A stretch of 64,000 nucleotides of DNA from Planctomycetota bacterium (lineage in GTDB: Bacteria > Planctomycetota > B15-G4). This document shows positions 38,377 to 47,902 of this stretch, piece after piece. The number at the start of each line of letters is the position of its first letter. The stretch's first letter is position 1. The notes under the pieces are model-generated. The model worked only from the letters and a program-made list of their open reading frames with translations, was not told the origin of the DNA and did not search any database. The position numbers were made by a program, and so were the translations under genes. The stretch is taken from NCBI GenBank assembly GCA_965248575.1, contig CBDFJQ010000002.1, positions 4,825,834 through 4,889,833 on the forward strand, read 5' to 3'.

Positions 38377-41003
38377 TGGAAGGCCTCTCCAGGGACCGAC
38401 CCCGACGGGCCGACGGAAGGGGGGTCGTCGCGCTGCTTCTGCTGCTTGGGTCCTGGCTGCCGCTCGAATCCCTGAATGCGCAGGGCGTTTCGAGCACGCG
38501 GAGCGCCTTGCCCGCGACGTCAACGCTCGTGCAGCTGGATCTCGCGCACGACACCGCGCGACAGGTCCTGGTCGACCGCGAGCAGGGTGTGTACCTGGGG
38601 CACCCCACCACGGTTCTCCTGGAAGATGGTCGCACCATGCTTTGCGTGTATCCGCGCGGGCACGGCAAGGGGCCGATCCTCATGAAGCGCAGCACGGATG
38701 GCGGGCGCACTTGGAGCGAGCGCCTGCCAACGCCCGACAACTGGGCCACGAGCCAGGAGACTCCGACGATCCACCGGGTCACGGACCCCGAGGGGGTTAA
38801 GCGCCTGATCGTGTGGTCGGGGCTGTATCCCGCGCGGCTCAGTGTGTCCGAGGATGACGGCGAGCATTGGTCGCCCCTCGCGCCCGTGGGCGACTGGGGC
38901 GGCATCGTGGTCATGGGCTCCGTCGTGGAAACGGGTGTGGGGGAGTATCGGGCCTACTTCCACGACGACGGGCGCTTCCTGACCGAGGACGGATCGGCCG
39001 GCGCCTTCCATGTCTATGGCGTGCGTTCCGTCGATGGTGGCCTGAACTGGAGTACACCGGAGATCGTGGCGCAGCACCCGACGGCACACCTCTGTGAGCC
39101 GGGAGTCGTTCGCTCGCCCGATGGCAAGCGGCTCGCGATGCTGCTGCGTGAGAACTCTCGGCAGTACAACAGTTTCATCGTGTTCTCCGAGGACCAAGGC
39201 GCGACTTGGAGCGAGCCGCGGGAGCTTCCTGCTTCCCTGACTGGGGATCGTCATGTGGGGCGCTACGCTCCAGATGGGCGGCTCGTCTTGTCGTTCCGAG
39301 ACACAGGACGGGAGAGCCCCACGCAAGGGGACTGGGTCGCCTGGGTCGGGCGCTTCGAGGACCTCGAGCAAGGGCTCGAGGGGGAGTACCGCGTGCGACT
39401 GATGGACAACAAGCACCGTTGGGACTGCGCGTATCCGGGAGTCGAGGTCTTGCCGGACGGCACGTTCGTGGCGACGACCTACGGTCACTGGACCGAGGGG
39501 CAGCAACCTTATGTCGTGAGCGTGCGGTTCCAGCTTGAGGAGCTCGATGCCCTGCTGGCTGCCGAGGCCGACGACGCTGCGGTGGAAGAGCAGGCCCAGC
39601 TGAGCAAGCCCAACATCCTGCTGCTTCTCGCCGACGATCAGGGTTGGGCAGACCTGGGCAGCATGGGGTTGGCCGACGATGTGCACACGCCTGCGCTCGA
39701 CCGCCTGGCAGAACGGAGCGTGAGTTTCCGGCAGGCGTACGCGACGTCTCCCATCTGCAATCCCGCGCGGGCTGGGATCATGACCGGCTCCTACACCCAG
39801 CGCTTTGGCACGCGCTGGTACGGCGGCCGTGGCTTGCACGATGAGCGCTTCCAGACCGTGGCCGAACTCCTGACGTCAGCGGGTTATGCCACGGGCTACG
39901 TGGGCAAGTTCCACTATGGGGCCTACGACCAGCATGTTCCTGGCAACCGCAACTTCCCTTTGGAACACGGCTTCGAGTCCTTCTATGGCAGCGGGTTCGG
40001 ACGGACCCACTACCTGCTGCACAACACAGCTGCCGAGCAGGCATTCCAGGCCTCCAAGAAACTTCACCAGCGCACAGGTCAGAGTTTGCGCATGGGGCCG
40101 CTGTGGGAGGGCGACTCCCAGGTGGACCAGGTGGGTTTCAGCACGGAGCTGTTCGGCGAGCGGGCGCGAGCTTACTTGGATGAGCACGTGGCCCAAGCTG
40201 GTGGCCAGCCGTTCTTCCTGATGCTGTCGTTCAACGCAGTCCACAACTTCACGCACCAGCTTCCGGAGGCCTACCTCGCAGAGAAGGGCCTGGAAGCTGG
40301 CCACGATTGGGACCCCGCACAAGAGGAGTACATCGACTGGTACCGACGGGGCCGGGCTCCCAACAACCCCGAAGGCCGCGCCCATTACCTCGGGCAACTT
40401 CACTACCTCGACTTGGAGGTCGGTCGGGTGCTGGAGCACCTGGACGACCTGGGCCTGACGGACGAGACGCTCGTGCTGTACCTGGGAGACAACGGCGGGT
40501 CGCGACCCATCTATGCCGACAACGGTCCCCTCCGGGGAGGCAAGTACACGCTCTACGAAGGGGGTGTGCGTGTGCCGTTCATGATGTCGTGGCCTGGGCA
40601 ATGGCCCGCCGGTGTGGTCAAGGACGACATGATCAGCGCCATGGATCTGCTACCGACCCTCTGCTCGGTCGCCCAGATCGCCGTGCCTGCCCATGTGGAC
40701 GGATTGGACCTTGGCCCGCTGCTCGCGGGTGCGCCCGACGCGCCTCGACACGACATCTTGTTCTGGGATACGGGCCATGAGTCGGCCGTGCGGCGCGGCA
40801 ACTGGAAGCTGCATGTCGCGCTGCGGGACGACCATGCCCGCTACGAGATGACGGAGCTTGAACTCGGCACGCACCTGTACGACCTTGCAGCCGATCCGGG
40901 TGAACAGAATGACCTGTCAGCCGAGCACCCCGAGTTGGTGAGGGAGCTGCAAGCCGCGTGGGATACGTGGCACGACGCGGTTCAGGGCGAAGGGGCGCGT
41001 TAG
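38367..41003 (+). CDS. Secreted BNR/sialidase-fold protein fused to an FGly sulfatase
   Basis: Asp boxes STDGGRTW, SEDDGEHW, SVDGGLNW, SEDQGATW; KPNILLLLADD, CNPARAG (CxPxR), GKFH, DNGG, RGGK. Confidence 0.92.
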   Translation: MPLMEGLSRDRPRRADGRGVVALLLLLGSWLPLESLNAQGVSSTRSALPATSTLVQLDLAHDTARQVLVDREQGVYLGHPTTVLLEDGRTMLCVYPRGHGKGPILMKRSTDGGRTWSERLPTPDNWATSQETPTIHRVTDPEGVKRLIVWSGLYPARLSVSEDDGEHWSPLAPVGDWGGIVVMGSVVETGVGEYRAYFHDDGRFLTEDGSAGAFHVYGVRSVDGGLNWSTPEIVAQHPTAHLCEPGVVRSPDGKRLAMLLRENSRQYNSFIVFSEDQGATWSEPRELPASLTGDRHVGRYAPDGRLVLSFRDTGRESPTQGDWVAWVGRFEDLEQGLEGEYRVRLMDNKHRWDCAYPGVEVLPDGTFVATTYGHWTEGQQPYVVSVRFQLEELDALLAAEADDAAVEEQAQLSKPNILLLLADDQGWADLGSMGLADDVHTPALDRLAERSVSFRQAYATSPICNPARAGIMTGSYTQRFGTRWYGGRGLHDERFQTVAELLTSAGYATGYVGKFHYGAYDQHVPGNRNFPLEHGFESFYGSGFGRTHYLLHNTAAEQAFQASKKLHQRTGQSLRMGPLWEGDSQVDQVGFSTELFGERARAYLDEHVAQAGGQPFFLMLSFNAVHNFTHQLPEAYLAEKGLEAGHDWDPAQEEYIDWYRRGRAPNNPEGRAHYLGQLHYLDLEVGRVLEHLDDLGLTDETLVLYLGDNGGSRPIYADNGPLRGGKYTLYEGGVRVPFMMSWPGQWPAGVVKDDMISAMDLLPTLCSVAQIAVPAHVDGLDLGPLLAGAPDAPRHDILFWDTGHESAVRRGNWKLHVALRDDHARYEMTELELGTHLYDLAADPGEQNDLSAEHPELVRELQAAWDTWHDAVQGEGAR

Positions 41004-41042
41004 GATCAGCTGCTCCCCCGCAAGCACAGGAACGCGGTTTGC

Positions 41043-41681
41043 CTAGCCGTCGATAGGCAGGCGGCGAAGGACCGACTGGACACCGCTCTGGATGCGCTGT
41101 TGCCGGATCTTCTTGGGTTGAGTGGGGTCCGCGATGAGCTGCACGGCCCCTCGCCACAGTGCTTGAGGGGAGCCCGGTCGGCGAAGCTCCACGATGAGTG
41201 TGCCCTTGCCGTAGCGGGTGTTTGCGCCGGCCAAGCCGGGGTTCAAACCGAAGGTGCTGGCGATGGAAGCATCGCTCAGTTCACGATCCGTGGTGACGAG
41301 GAAGCCGAGCTCAGCGCCCACGGCGCCTGACCCTCCGAGTCGCCAGCCCCGCTCGTCCATGCCACGGATCAGAGCCTGCTTGAGCTCCTGCTCGATCCAG
41401 CGGGCGTCCTCCTGCATCGAGGTCAGCAACGCCTTGGATCCGGGCATCCAGGCCCAGCGGCCCTTGGGGCCCAAGGGAGCGCCCGGTCCACGGGTGCTCA
41501 CCACGGAAGCCGTGCGTAACTCGGGCGGCAGGTCATTGAGGTTCGTGGCGGAACAACCCACGACGCTCAGGAGCATCAGGCTGGCGAGGACGATGGTCCG
41601 TGTTGGGCTGATCACTTGGACAACTCTCCGGCCGGGGCAAGCCGTCGAGTGAAGTGACGGCAGATCCACGGGAGTATCCAC
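41043..41681 (-). CDS. DUF4136-like lipoprotein
   Basis: Lipobox VVGC; YGKGTLIVEL..LWRGA; start may be internal. Confidence 0.7.
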   Translation of the reverse strand: MDTPVDLPSLHSTACPGRRVVQVISPTRTIVLASLMLLSVVGCSATNLNDLPPELRTASVVSTRGPGAPLGPKGRWAWMPGSKALLTSMQEDARWIEQELKQALIRGMDERGWRLGGSGAVGAELGFLVTTDRELSDASIASTFGLNPGLAGANTRYGKGTLIVELRRPGSPQALWRGAVQLIADPTQPKKIRQQRIQSGVQSVLRRLPIDG

Positions 41682-41732
41682 GAACGGAAGCCCGGGTTGT
41701 AGCCGGGAGGACCTCGTCTTTCAGCTGCAGGC

Positions 41733-42599
41733 CTAGCGGCCAAGGCTCTTGAGGATGTCCCGGGCGTTCTGGTTCTGGGGTTCGAGCGCCAAGGACTTCT
41801 CGTAGTACTTCTTCGCCAGTTCCTTGTCGCCCTTCTTCAGGTGACCCTCGGCCAAGCTGTCCCAGACGTTTCCGGAGTCGGGGAAGTGCTCGGTGTTCAG
41901 GAGGAAGGCCTTGATGGCGGCTTCCGTCTCGCCGTTCCCGAGCAGTTGGTAGCCCAGGGAATTCAGGCTTGCTTCGTCCCCGAAGTCATAGGCTCCGCGC
42001 CCGAAGTACTCGGTCCGTAGCTGAGCGTAGTGGTCGACCGCTGCCGCACCGCCGTCCGAGCTGTAGGTCTCAAGCAGCTCCTCGTCCAAGGTCATGGGGC
42101 GTGGGCGGCCGCGATGACAGGTGTGACACCACATGTTGACCGGCAGGGAACCGCTGGGTTCGAGCTTGCGCAGGTGGTCACCGACGGTGCCGAGCATGCG
42201 CAGCATCTCGCGTGCCCGATCCTTGTTCGGGTTCGCATCCGAGGCAAAGTCGTAGGTGTTCAGGGGCGCCTCTTCTTCGCCCACGTGGCAGTACGAGCAG
42301 CGCACGCCAAGCGCCCGGGTGAATCCGGTCATGGGCGCCATGAGTCGGGCGCCGGGCCATTCCTTTGGCAGCACTTGGAGGTTCTCGGCTTTCTCGGGCC
42401 ACGTCCAATGGGCCTCTTGGGTTGAGGGTTCCGGTGCGGCAGGTTGGGGCATGACGGTCGCCGGTGCCGCGGCGATTGCCGTTGATGCGACCGCTTGAAC
42501 GGGCGCTCTCGATGCGGGCGGCGACTCTCCCCAGGGGAGGGTGGGGATCAGCACCGCGAGGGCGACCAAGTGACCAAAACCGAAGCTCTTGCGTGACAT
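41733..42599 (-). CDS. Diheme c-type cytochrome (PufC-fragment-like) with C-terminal TPR
   Basis: NLQVLP, ALGVRCSYCH, AREMLRM, CHTCHRG; TPR LNSLGY..NVWDSLAE..YEKSL. Confidence 0.88.
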   Translation of the reverse strand: MSRKSFGFGHLVALAVLIPTLPWGESPPASRAPVQAVASTAIAAAPATVMPQPAAPEPSTQEAHWTWPEKAENLQVLPKEWPGARLMAPMTGFTRALGVRCSYCHVGEEEAPLNTYDFASDANPNKDRAREMLRMLGTVGDHLRKLEPSGSLPVNMWCHTCHRGRPRPMTLDEELLETYSSDGGAAAVDHYAQLRTEYFGRGAYDFGDEASLNSLGYQLLGNGETEAAIKAFLLNTEHFPDSGNVWDSLAEGHLKKGDKELAKKYYEKSLALEPQNQNARDILKSLGR

Positions 42600-42861
42600 G
42601 GCACCTCCAAGTGGATCGGGAGCCAGTAGCGCCCGGTGTCGAAAACCCTTCACAGAAAGACGGATCCCTGGAGCCTAGGAACGCAGGGCAGGGCAGGGTC
42701 GGATGGCAAAACCCATGGCGTATGGACGTCGTCCCCAGGGGGAGGGCGCCTAGGCATGGCCGGGCTCGGCGGATACGGTCGGGGCGTTCGCTGTCGTGCT
42801 TTGGGCTGGGACATGTGCCGCCGGAGCGAACCGGGATCTTCGTCCTCCAGGGAACGCTGCC

Positions 42862-44634
42862 ATGCTTGTTACGCCAAGGAACTTCATCAGCTCGTGGGCA
42901 GTCGTGGGCATCCTGATCGGGCTTGTTGCCGGGCCGTTGCAGGCTGCCGACCCGGCTGCCAAGGAACTCAAGCAGGCGGGACGGGCCGTGGACAAGCTCG
43001 TGCGCCAGGAGAGCGCGTCGCAGCTCAAGGACCTGAAGAGCGAGCTCAAGACACTGCTCGCCGAAGTGGCGTCTTCGACGAAGACGCCCACCGACGCATT
43101 GGGTGATGCGGTCCTTGCCACCGCGGAGGCGGCGGCTGCCGTGTCGACAGCGGCCTTCGATGGCGTGGTGAGTGTGCGCGACGATGCCGTCGATGCAGCG
43201 CTCGGCGGGAGCGAGGGTGCAGTCTTGCTCGGCAGGGACTTCCAGGCGGGAGGCCACGGCACCTGGGATGACATCCTGAGCCGCCTGCACGCCAGCATGG
43301 GACGGCTGGACGCGAAGCTCAGCAAGGCGCTCTGGAAGTTCGTGATTCGACTCGAGAAAGCCTCGTCGAAGCTCGGCAACGAAACGGATGTCCATCTGCA
43401 GATCCAGGAGCACGACCGGCGCATCGATGCCGTGCAGTGTCCCGCATCCCTGGCGGCAAACCCTGGCCTGGAGGCGAGTGCCGATGTACCGATTCTCCAA
43501 GTCCACATTGAAGCGCGCATCATCAACATCGATGACACCTTCACGAGCCAGATCGGCATCCGAGGTTTCGGAAACGCGATGGCGAACTTGGAGTACGTCA
43601 CCTCCATGGGCACGACGCCCGTGGTCGATATTCCGATGCTGCCTTCCGGGGTCGCCCTGAACACTCAAATGATGGGGAACCGCTCCATCGGGCCCTACCG
43701 CGTCGACGTCGTGGACCCTGTCAGCGGCGAGCGCATGGACAGCGCCGGTGGGCGCCCGCCGTCAACGACCAGTGCCAGCGGCGGCGACGTGAAGCCCATC
43801 GTCAAGCAAGCCGTGAAGTCCATGCGCTTGGACTCCAAGTTCTACGGTCAGGTCACGGGAGACGTCCTGAAGAGCTACCGCAAGGCCGATTCTCAGACGT
43901 GCAAGGACCATGCGAAGGGCGACCTGGGAACCGAGGACGCGCTCGATCAACTGTTCAGCAATCATCGGGACGCGCTCGCCAACACCAGTTTCTGGCAGGG
44001 CATCGTGTTGAGCAATCCCGTCCTGTTCGCACAGAGCGAATTGAGTGACTTGGAGGTCGCTGACGAGGACATCCCCGACGACCTGGCTGCGGACGCCGGG
44101 GGAGCGTTCACCAAGCACAATGAGAAGGTGAACCGTCGCACCGCGCAGCGCGGTCGGTCCTTTATGAAGCTCGGCATGAAGTCCATCTACCGGATCGTCA
44201 AGAAGGCGACCAAGGATGGGGAGAATGTCGCCGTGAACGCGATCTTCGGGCGGGGCCGCACGAATCAGGGGCCAACCGTCAGCACCTTCGACTCGGCCGT
44301 CGTGCAGCTGAACGTCACGCCCCACATCACCGCAGCCGGCACGATCACCCTGGAAATCTCTCCCGGAGTCATCGAATCGACGGCCATCATCATCGGACAG
44401 ACTCCCACCAGCGACCTCGGTTTCGACCTGACCCAGGTGAATCTCGCGGATGGGCAGACCACGGTGATCGATGGTCTTATGTCCTCGGTCAGCGACGGAA
44501 CCTTCAAGGAGAAGATTCCCTTCTTCAGCAATCTCCCGTTGGTCGGGAGGCTCTTCAAGTCGGGGCCCAACGAAGACGCTGACACCGACCTGTTGGTGCT
44601 CGTGACTGCGATGATCCTGCCGGGCAACAACTAG
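42862..44634 (+). CDS. Atypical secretin-domain protein
   Basis: Signal peptide; DVPILQVHIEARI; QLNVTPHIT..ITLEISP; DGQTTVIDGL; KIPFFSNLPLVGRLFK; LLVLVT. Confidence 0.8.
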   Translation: MLVTPRNFISSWAVVGILIGLVAGPLQAADPAAKELKQAGRAVDKLVRQESASQLKDLKSELKTLLAEVASSTKTPTDALGDAVLATAEAAAAVSTAAFDGVVSVRDDAVDAALGGSEGAVLLGRDFQAGGHGTWDDILSRLHASMGRLDAKLSKALWKFVIRLEKASSKLGNETDVHLQIQEHDRRIDAVQCPASLAANPGLEASADVPILQVHIEARIINIDDTFTSQIGIRGFGNAMANLEYVTSMGTTPVVDIPMLPSGVALNTQMMGNRSIGPYRVDVVDPVSGERMDSAGGRPPSTTSASGGDVKPIVKQAVKSMRLDSKFYGQVTGDVLKSYRKADSQTCKDHAKGDLGTEDALDQLFSNHRDALANTSFWQGIVLSNPVLFAQSELSDLEVADEDIPDDLAADAGGAFTKHNEKVNRRTAQRGRSFMKLGMKSIYRIVKKATKDGENVAVNAIFGRGRTNQGPTVSTFDSAVVQLNVTPHITAAGTITLEISPGVIESTAIIIGQTPTSDLGFDLTQVNLADGQTTVIDGLMSSVSDGTFKEKIPFFSNLPLVGRLFKSGPNEDADTDLLVLVTAMILPGNN

Positions 44635-44665
44635 GGGCCGCTCGACGCGCTGGGGAGCGTCGCGA

Positions 44666-44956
44666 CTACATGGCGGCGAGGGTCAGCCCAAAGCTGAGCA
44701 GGTAGAGCCAGAGCACCACGCCTGCCACCGTGTTCTGGTCGCGCTGCAGCTTCTGGACGTCAGCGGGGAAGCGACCCAGCTTGAGGGCCCACATCAACTT
44801 GGCGCCCGGTCGTTCGATGAGCAGCTGGATGGCCTTGTCCTTGTCGAGCGTGGCGAAGAACGACTGGCACCAGCGGGTGAAGGACTTCATGAGCTCTCGT
44901 GGGTGGACGACCGGAGATTCGCTGAGGGCGTGGGAGTCCGTTGTGGGTGGGGACAT
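44666..44956 (-). CDS. Small hypothetical protein with a C-terminal TM
   Basis: 96 aa from MSPPTT; GC3 bias; hydrophobic tail. Confidence 0.6.
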   Translation of the reverse strand: MSPPTTDSHALSESPVVHPRELMKSFTRWCQSFFATLDKDKAIQLLIERPGAKLMWALKLGRFPADVQKLQRDQNTVAGVVLWLYLLSFGLTLAAM

Positions 44957-45206
44957 GGCGGTGTCTCGCGTGGAAGTCGAAGGACCATCCGTTTCGGAGG
45001 CATCCGAAGGTTCCGGATGATCCCCTGCGACGATGGGGCCGTTGTTGGGATCGGGATCCCGCGTCTTGCAGCGGGTCCTGTAGCGGGCCGCGAGTCGGCA
45101 GGACGCCACCGCGTTCCGCCAGGCCTGATAGGCTCGGGGGCGGAATCGGAGACGGGTTGGGCAGCGGTCAAGTGGCCGGCTCTCAGCCCCCTTTTGGGAG
45201 AGAGTC

Positions 45207-46238
45207 ATGGCTAGGACCAAGGTGTCGTTCGCCTCGTGCAACCTGCTCAACCTGAATCGCCCCGGGTTGAGGATCTATCGGGACAGCGATGGCTGGAGTG
45301 ACGAGCAGTACGAGCGCAAGATCGCGTGGCTGTCCGAGCGCGTGGGGAGCCTGGGTGCGGACGTCTGGGGCTTCCAGGAACTCTGGCATGAGCAGAGCTT
45401 GGTGGAGGTCTTCGAGGCAGCAGGGCTCGGGGACAGCCACCGCATGCTCGTACCGGAGGGTCATGCGGGGGGCAAGATCGTCTGCGCCGGTGCCGTGCTC
45501 GAGGAGATCCTGGTGGGGGAGCCCGAGTGGATCGTGGACTTCCCGGAGAAGTTCAGGCTCGAGAGCCAGGGTGATGACCCCCAGACGCCGAAGATCAGCG
45601 TGGCCGTCGCGTCCTTCTCACGACCCGTGCTGCACTTCCGGGTGCAGCCGAGGGATGAAAGCAGCCCCATCTCGGTCTACGTGGCCCACTTCAAGTCCAA
45701 GCGTCCTACGGACATCTACCGTGAGGGCTGGTACCGCGATGACGACGAGTACTACAAGCGGCACAAGGAGGGGTTCGGGTCGGCACTGTCCACCATCCGA
45801 CGCACGGCTGAAGCAGCGGCCTTACGCCAGATCATCAGCGATCGCTTCGTGGGCAACGATGACCCGGTCGTAGTCCTGGGCGATCTGAACGACAACGCCC
45901 ACAGCAACACTTTGAACATCCTGACCGGGCAGCCCAACTACCTGCGCTCCCCGTGGAGCAAGGGCGGTAGCGACACGGACCTCTACTCAGTTGGCGCCCT
46001 GCAGTCTCTGAGAAGCCTGCGCGACGTGTACTACACACACGTGTTCCAGAACGTGCGCGAGACGCTGGACCACATCCTCGTCTCGCAGGAGTTCTATGAC
46101 CAATCGAAGAAGCGGGTCTGGGGCTTTCGCGGGGCGGAGATCGCGAACGATCACCTGAACCGTGAAGACCACAAGCAGAGTGGCACGACCGACCACGGCA
46201 TCGTCTGGGCCGAGTTCGAGTACCGCCCTGCAAGCTGA
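45207..46238 (+). CDS. Endonuclease/exonuclease/phosphatase family protein
   Basis: ASCNLLN, GFQE, AHFKSK, LGDLND, LDHILVS, TDHG. Confidence 0.9.
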   Translation: MARTKVSFASCNLLNLNRPGLRIYRDSDGWSDEQYERKIAWLSERVGSLGADVWGFQELWHEQSLVEVFEAAGLGDSHRMLVPEGHAGGKIVCAGAVLEEILVGEPEWIVDFPEKFRLESQGDDPQTPKISVAVASFSRPVLHFRVQPRDESSPISVYVAHFKSKRPTDIYREGWYRDDDEYYKRHKEGFGSALSTIRRTAEAAALRQIISDRFVGNDDPVVVLGDLNDNAHSNTLNILTGQPNYLRSPWSKGGSDTDLYSVGALQSLRSLRDVYYTHVFQNVRETLDHILVSQEFYDQSKKRVWGFRGAEIANDHLNREDHKQSGTTDHGIVWAEFEYRPAS

Positions 46239-46293
46239 GGTTCGTCCCCCAACGCCCTGCATCCTGCAGTGCGCTGTGCGGGAGTTCTGACCG

Positions 46294-46746
46294 TCAGCTC
46301 GAGGACGTGGTCTGCAACGGGCTCACTTCGCTTGAAATGGTGCTGTTCACCCCGTCGAAGCCGTTGTGGTTGAACACGACGGTGTAGGCGCCGTAGCCAG
46401 CAGAGGCACCAGCGCGGGTCAGGGTGACTTCCCAGCCCGTCTGCAGGGTGGATTCCGTACTGGGCACCGCCACCGCTCCGACTGTGAAGTACTCGAGGCT
46501 GCCGAGCTCCACATCCAGGGCGCCGAGGCTGCTTGCGTACTCGCCCTGCCTGGCGTGATGGCGCTCCTGGCCTGCATGCACCGTAGCCATGTAGTTGAAG
46601 GCCTCAGCGGCCTTCGAACGTTCGACGGAGCTCAGGAAACGCGGCACCGCAAAGGCAGCGAGCACCCCAATGATCACGACGACGACTGCGAGTTCGACGA
46701 GCGTGAAACCGGCCGTCGTCTTGGAGTGGGGGCGCGAGAAACGCAT
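46294..46746 (-). CDS. Type IV pilin / prepilin N-methylation domain protein (PilE-like)
   Basis: G-FTLVELAVVVVIIGVLAAFAVP class III signal; ERSKAAEA. Confidence 0.92.
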   Translation of the reverse strand: MRFSRPHSKTTAGFTLVELAVVVVIIGVLAAFAVPRFLSSVERSKAAEAFNYMATVHAGQERHHARQGEYASSLGALDVELGSLEYFTVGAVAVPSTESTLQTGWEVTLTRAGASAGYGAYTVVFNHNGFDGVNSTISSEVSPLQTTSSS

Positions 46747-46757
46747 GGAACTGCCTC

Positions 46758-46835
46758 TGAGAAGGGTGGTCACCCCAGCCTTTCGACCCACGGCCGGGCG
46801 CTCGGTGAGGCCGAATCCCTTCTCACTGGTGAGAA
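46758..46835 (-). promoter_or_regulatory. Structured leader and palindrome upstream of the pilin gene
   Basis: TGAGAAGGG/CCCTTCTCA 9-bp stem enclosing two hairpins; overlapping palindrome TTCTCACTGGTGAGAA (46820-46835). Confidence 0.35.
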
Positions 46836-46909
46836 TCACCGTCGTCGATAGGACAGCGCAGCGCCCGCTCGATGCGATTCGAAGAGCGTTGGGGGGCTGA
46901 GGGCCCGAG

Positions 46910-47902
46910 CTAGGGAGGTTCGGCCTCTTCAGAGGGTGTCGGTCGCTTCGCACGACTTTCTTTTTCCGGAGCAGCGAAACTCTCGTTGAAAGCCTGGAGA
47001 GTGTCGGCTTCCGAGTCCAACCGCCAGTCAGGCTCTCCCTCCCGTCGCTTGTCCAGGTCGAACCAGACCACACCGGTGACCGTCGGGTGCCGGGCGAGGC
47101 TCCGCCAGGCATCGCGAACCCAACGTGCACGCTGGCCGGGGCCACCCGGGGCGCTTCCGGTCTCACCCACGAAGATCGGCTTGTCGGGGTAGCGCTCAGC
47201 CAGCTCCCACAAGGGTTCGTCGAAGACCTCCGAGAATGACTGCCATGTGTGCCACTGGTCGTGGGCATCACCGAAGTTGTAGCCGTCGAAACCGACCCGG
47301 TCGACGACGTCATGGCCCGGGTAGTAGAGGTGGATGTCGTTTCCGGGCAGATCGGGAACGCTGACGATGTTCGGCGTCCAGACCCACTCGACATGCTGGG
47401 CGCCGGCACTCTGGAAGATCTGGTGCGCATGACGCCAGGCCGCGATGTAGTCCTTCGGAGAACCGCTCCAACTGAACCAGTCACCGTTCATTTCGAAGCC
47501 GAAGCGCAGGAGGATCGGCCCCCCTTCCTCCCTCGCGTCCTGTGCCCAGGACGTCAGCTCTGCATCGTAGGCTCCTTCCAGGAGGCGCGGGAGCTGCTTC
47601 GACTGGCCGTCGTGCCAAAGGCCCAGTTCGAGTGAGATCACTGGTGTTGAACCGACGCTGCGGATCGCCTTCACGGCGGCGTGGGGAAACACCAGGTTGC
47701 CGAGGTCGCGATAGAACATGACGAAATCCGGGGACGTCGGGTGGCGCGCGACGAGCGCTGCCATGTCCCCCGCGTAGTCCCGGCTCGGCCAGTAGATCCG
47801 ATAGATGCCCCACTGGATGTCATGCCGTGGCGCGTCGGCCGGCCGATCCGGACCCGCACCTCTGCAAGCGCCCAGGCAGCTCAGGATCAGCGATAGCAGC
47901 AT
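46910..47902 (-). CDS. Glycoside hydrolase family 26 lipoprotein
   Basis: Lipobox LGAC; LRFGFEMNGDW (acid/base Glu), WVWTPN, YYPG..VD..GFDGYN, VGETG (nucleophile). Confidence 0.9.
   Translation of the reverse strand: MLLSLILSCLGACRGAGPDRPADAPRHDIQWGIYRIYWPSRDYAGDMAALVARHPTSPDFVMFYRDLGNLVFPHAAVKAIRSVGSTPVISLELGLWHDGQSKQLPRLLEGAYDAELTSWAQDAREEGGPILLRFGFEMNGDWFSWSGSPKDYIAAWRHAHQIFQSAGAQHVEWVWTPNIVSVPDLPGNDIHLYYPGHDVVDRVGFDGYNFGDAHDQWHTWQSFSEVFDEPLWELAERYPDKPIFVGETGSAPGGPGQRARWVRDAWRSLARHPTVTGVVWFDLDKRREGEPDWRLDSEADTLQAFNESFAAPEKESRAKRPTPSEEAEPP

Noticed and set aside
41733-42599. Evidence for phototrophy
   Set aside because: Only a two-heme fragment fused to TPR; no other photosynthesis genes in the window
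46747-47484. 396-aa pilin with a long N-terminal region
   Set aside because: It overlaps GH26 out of frame; the class III signal fits a start at 46746
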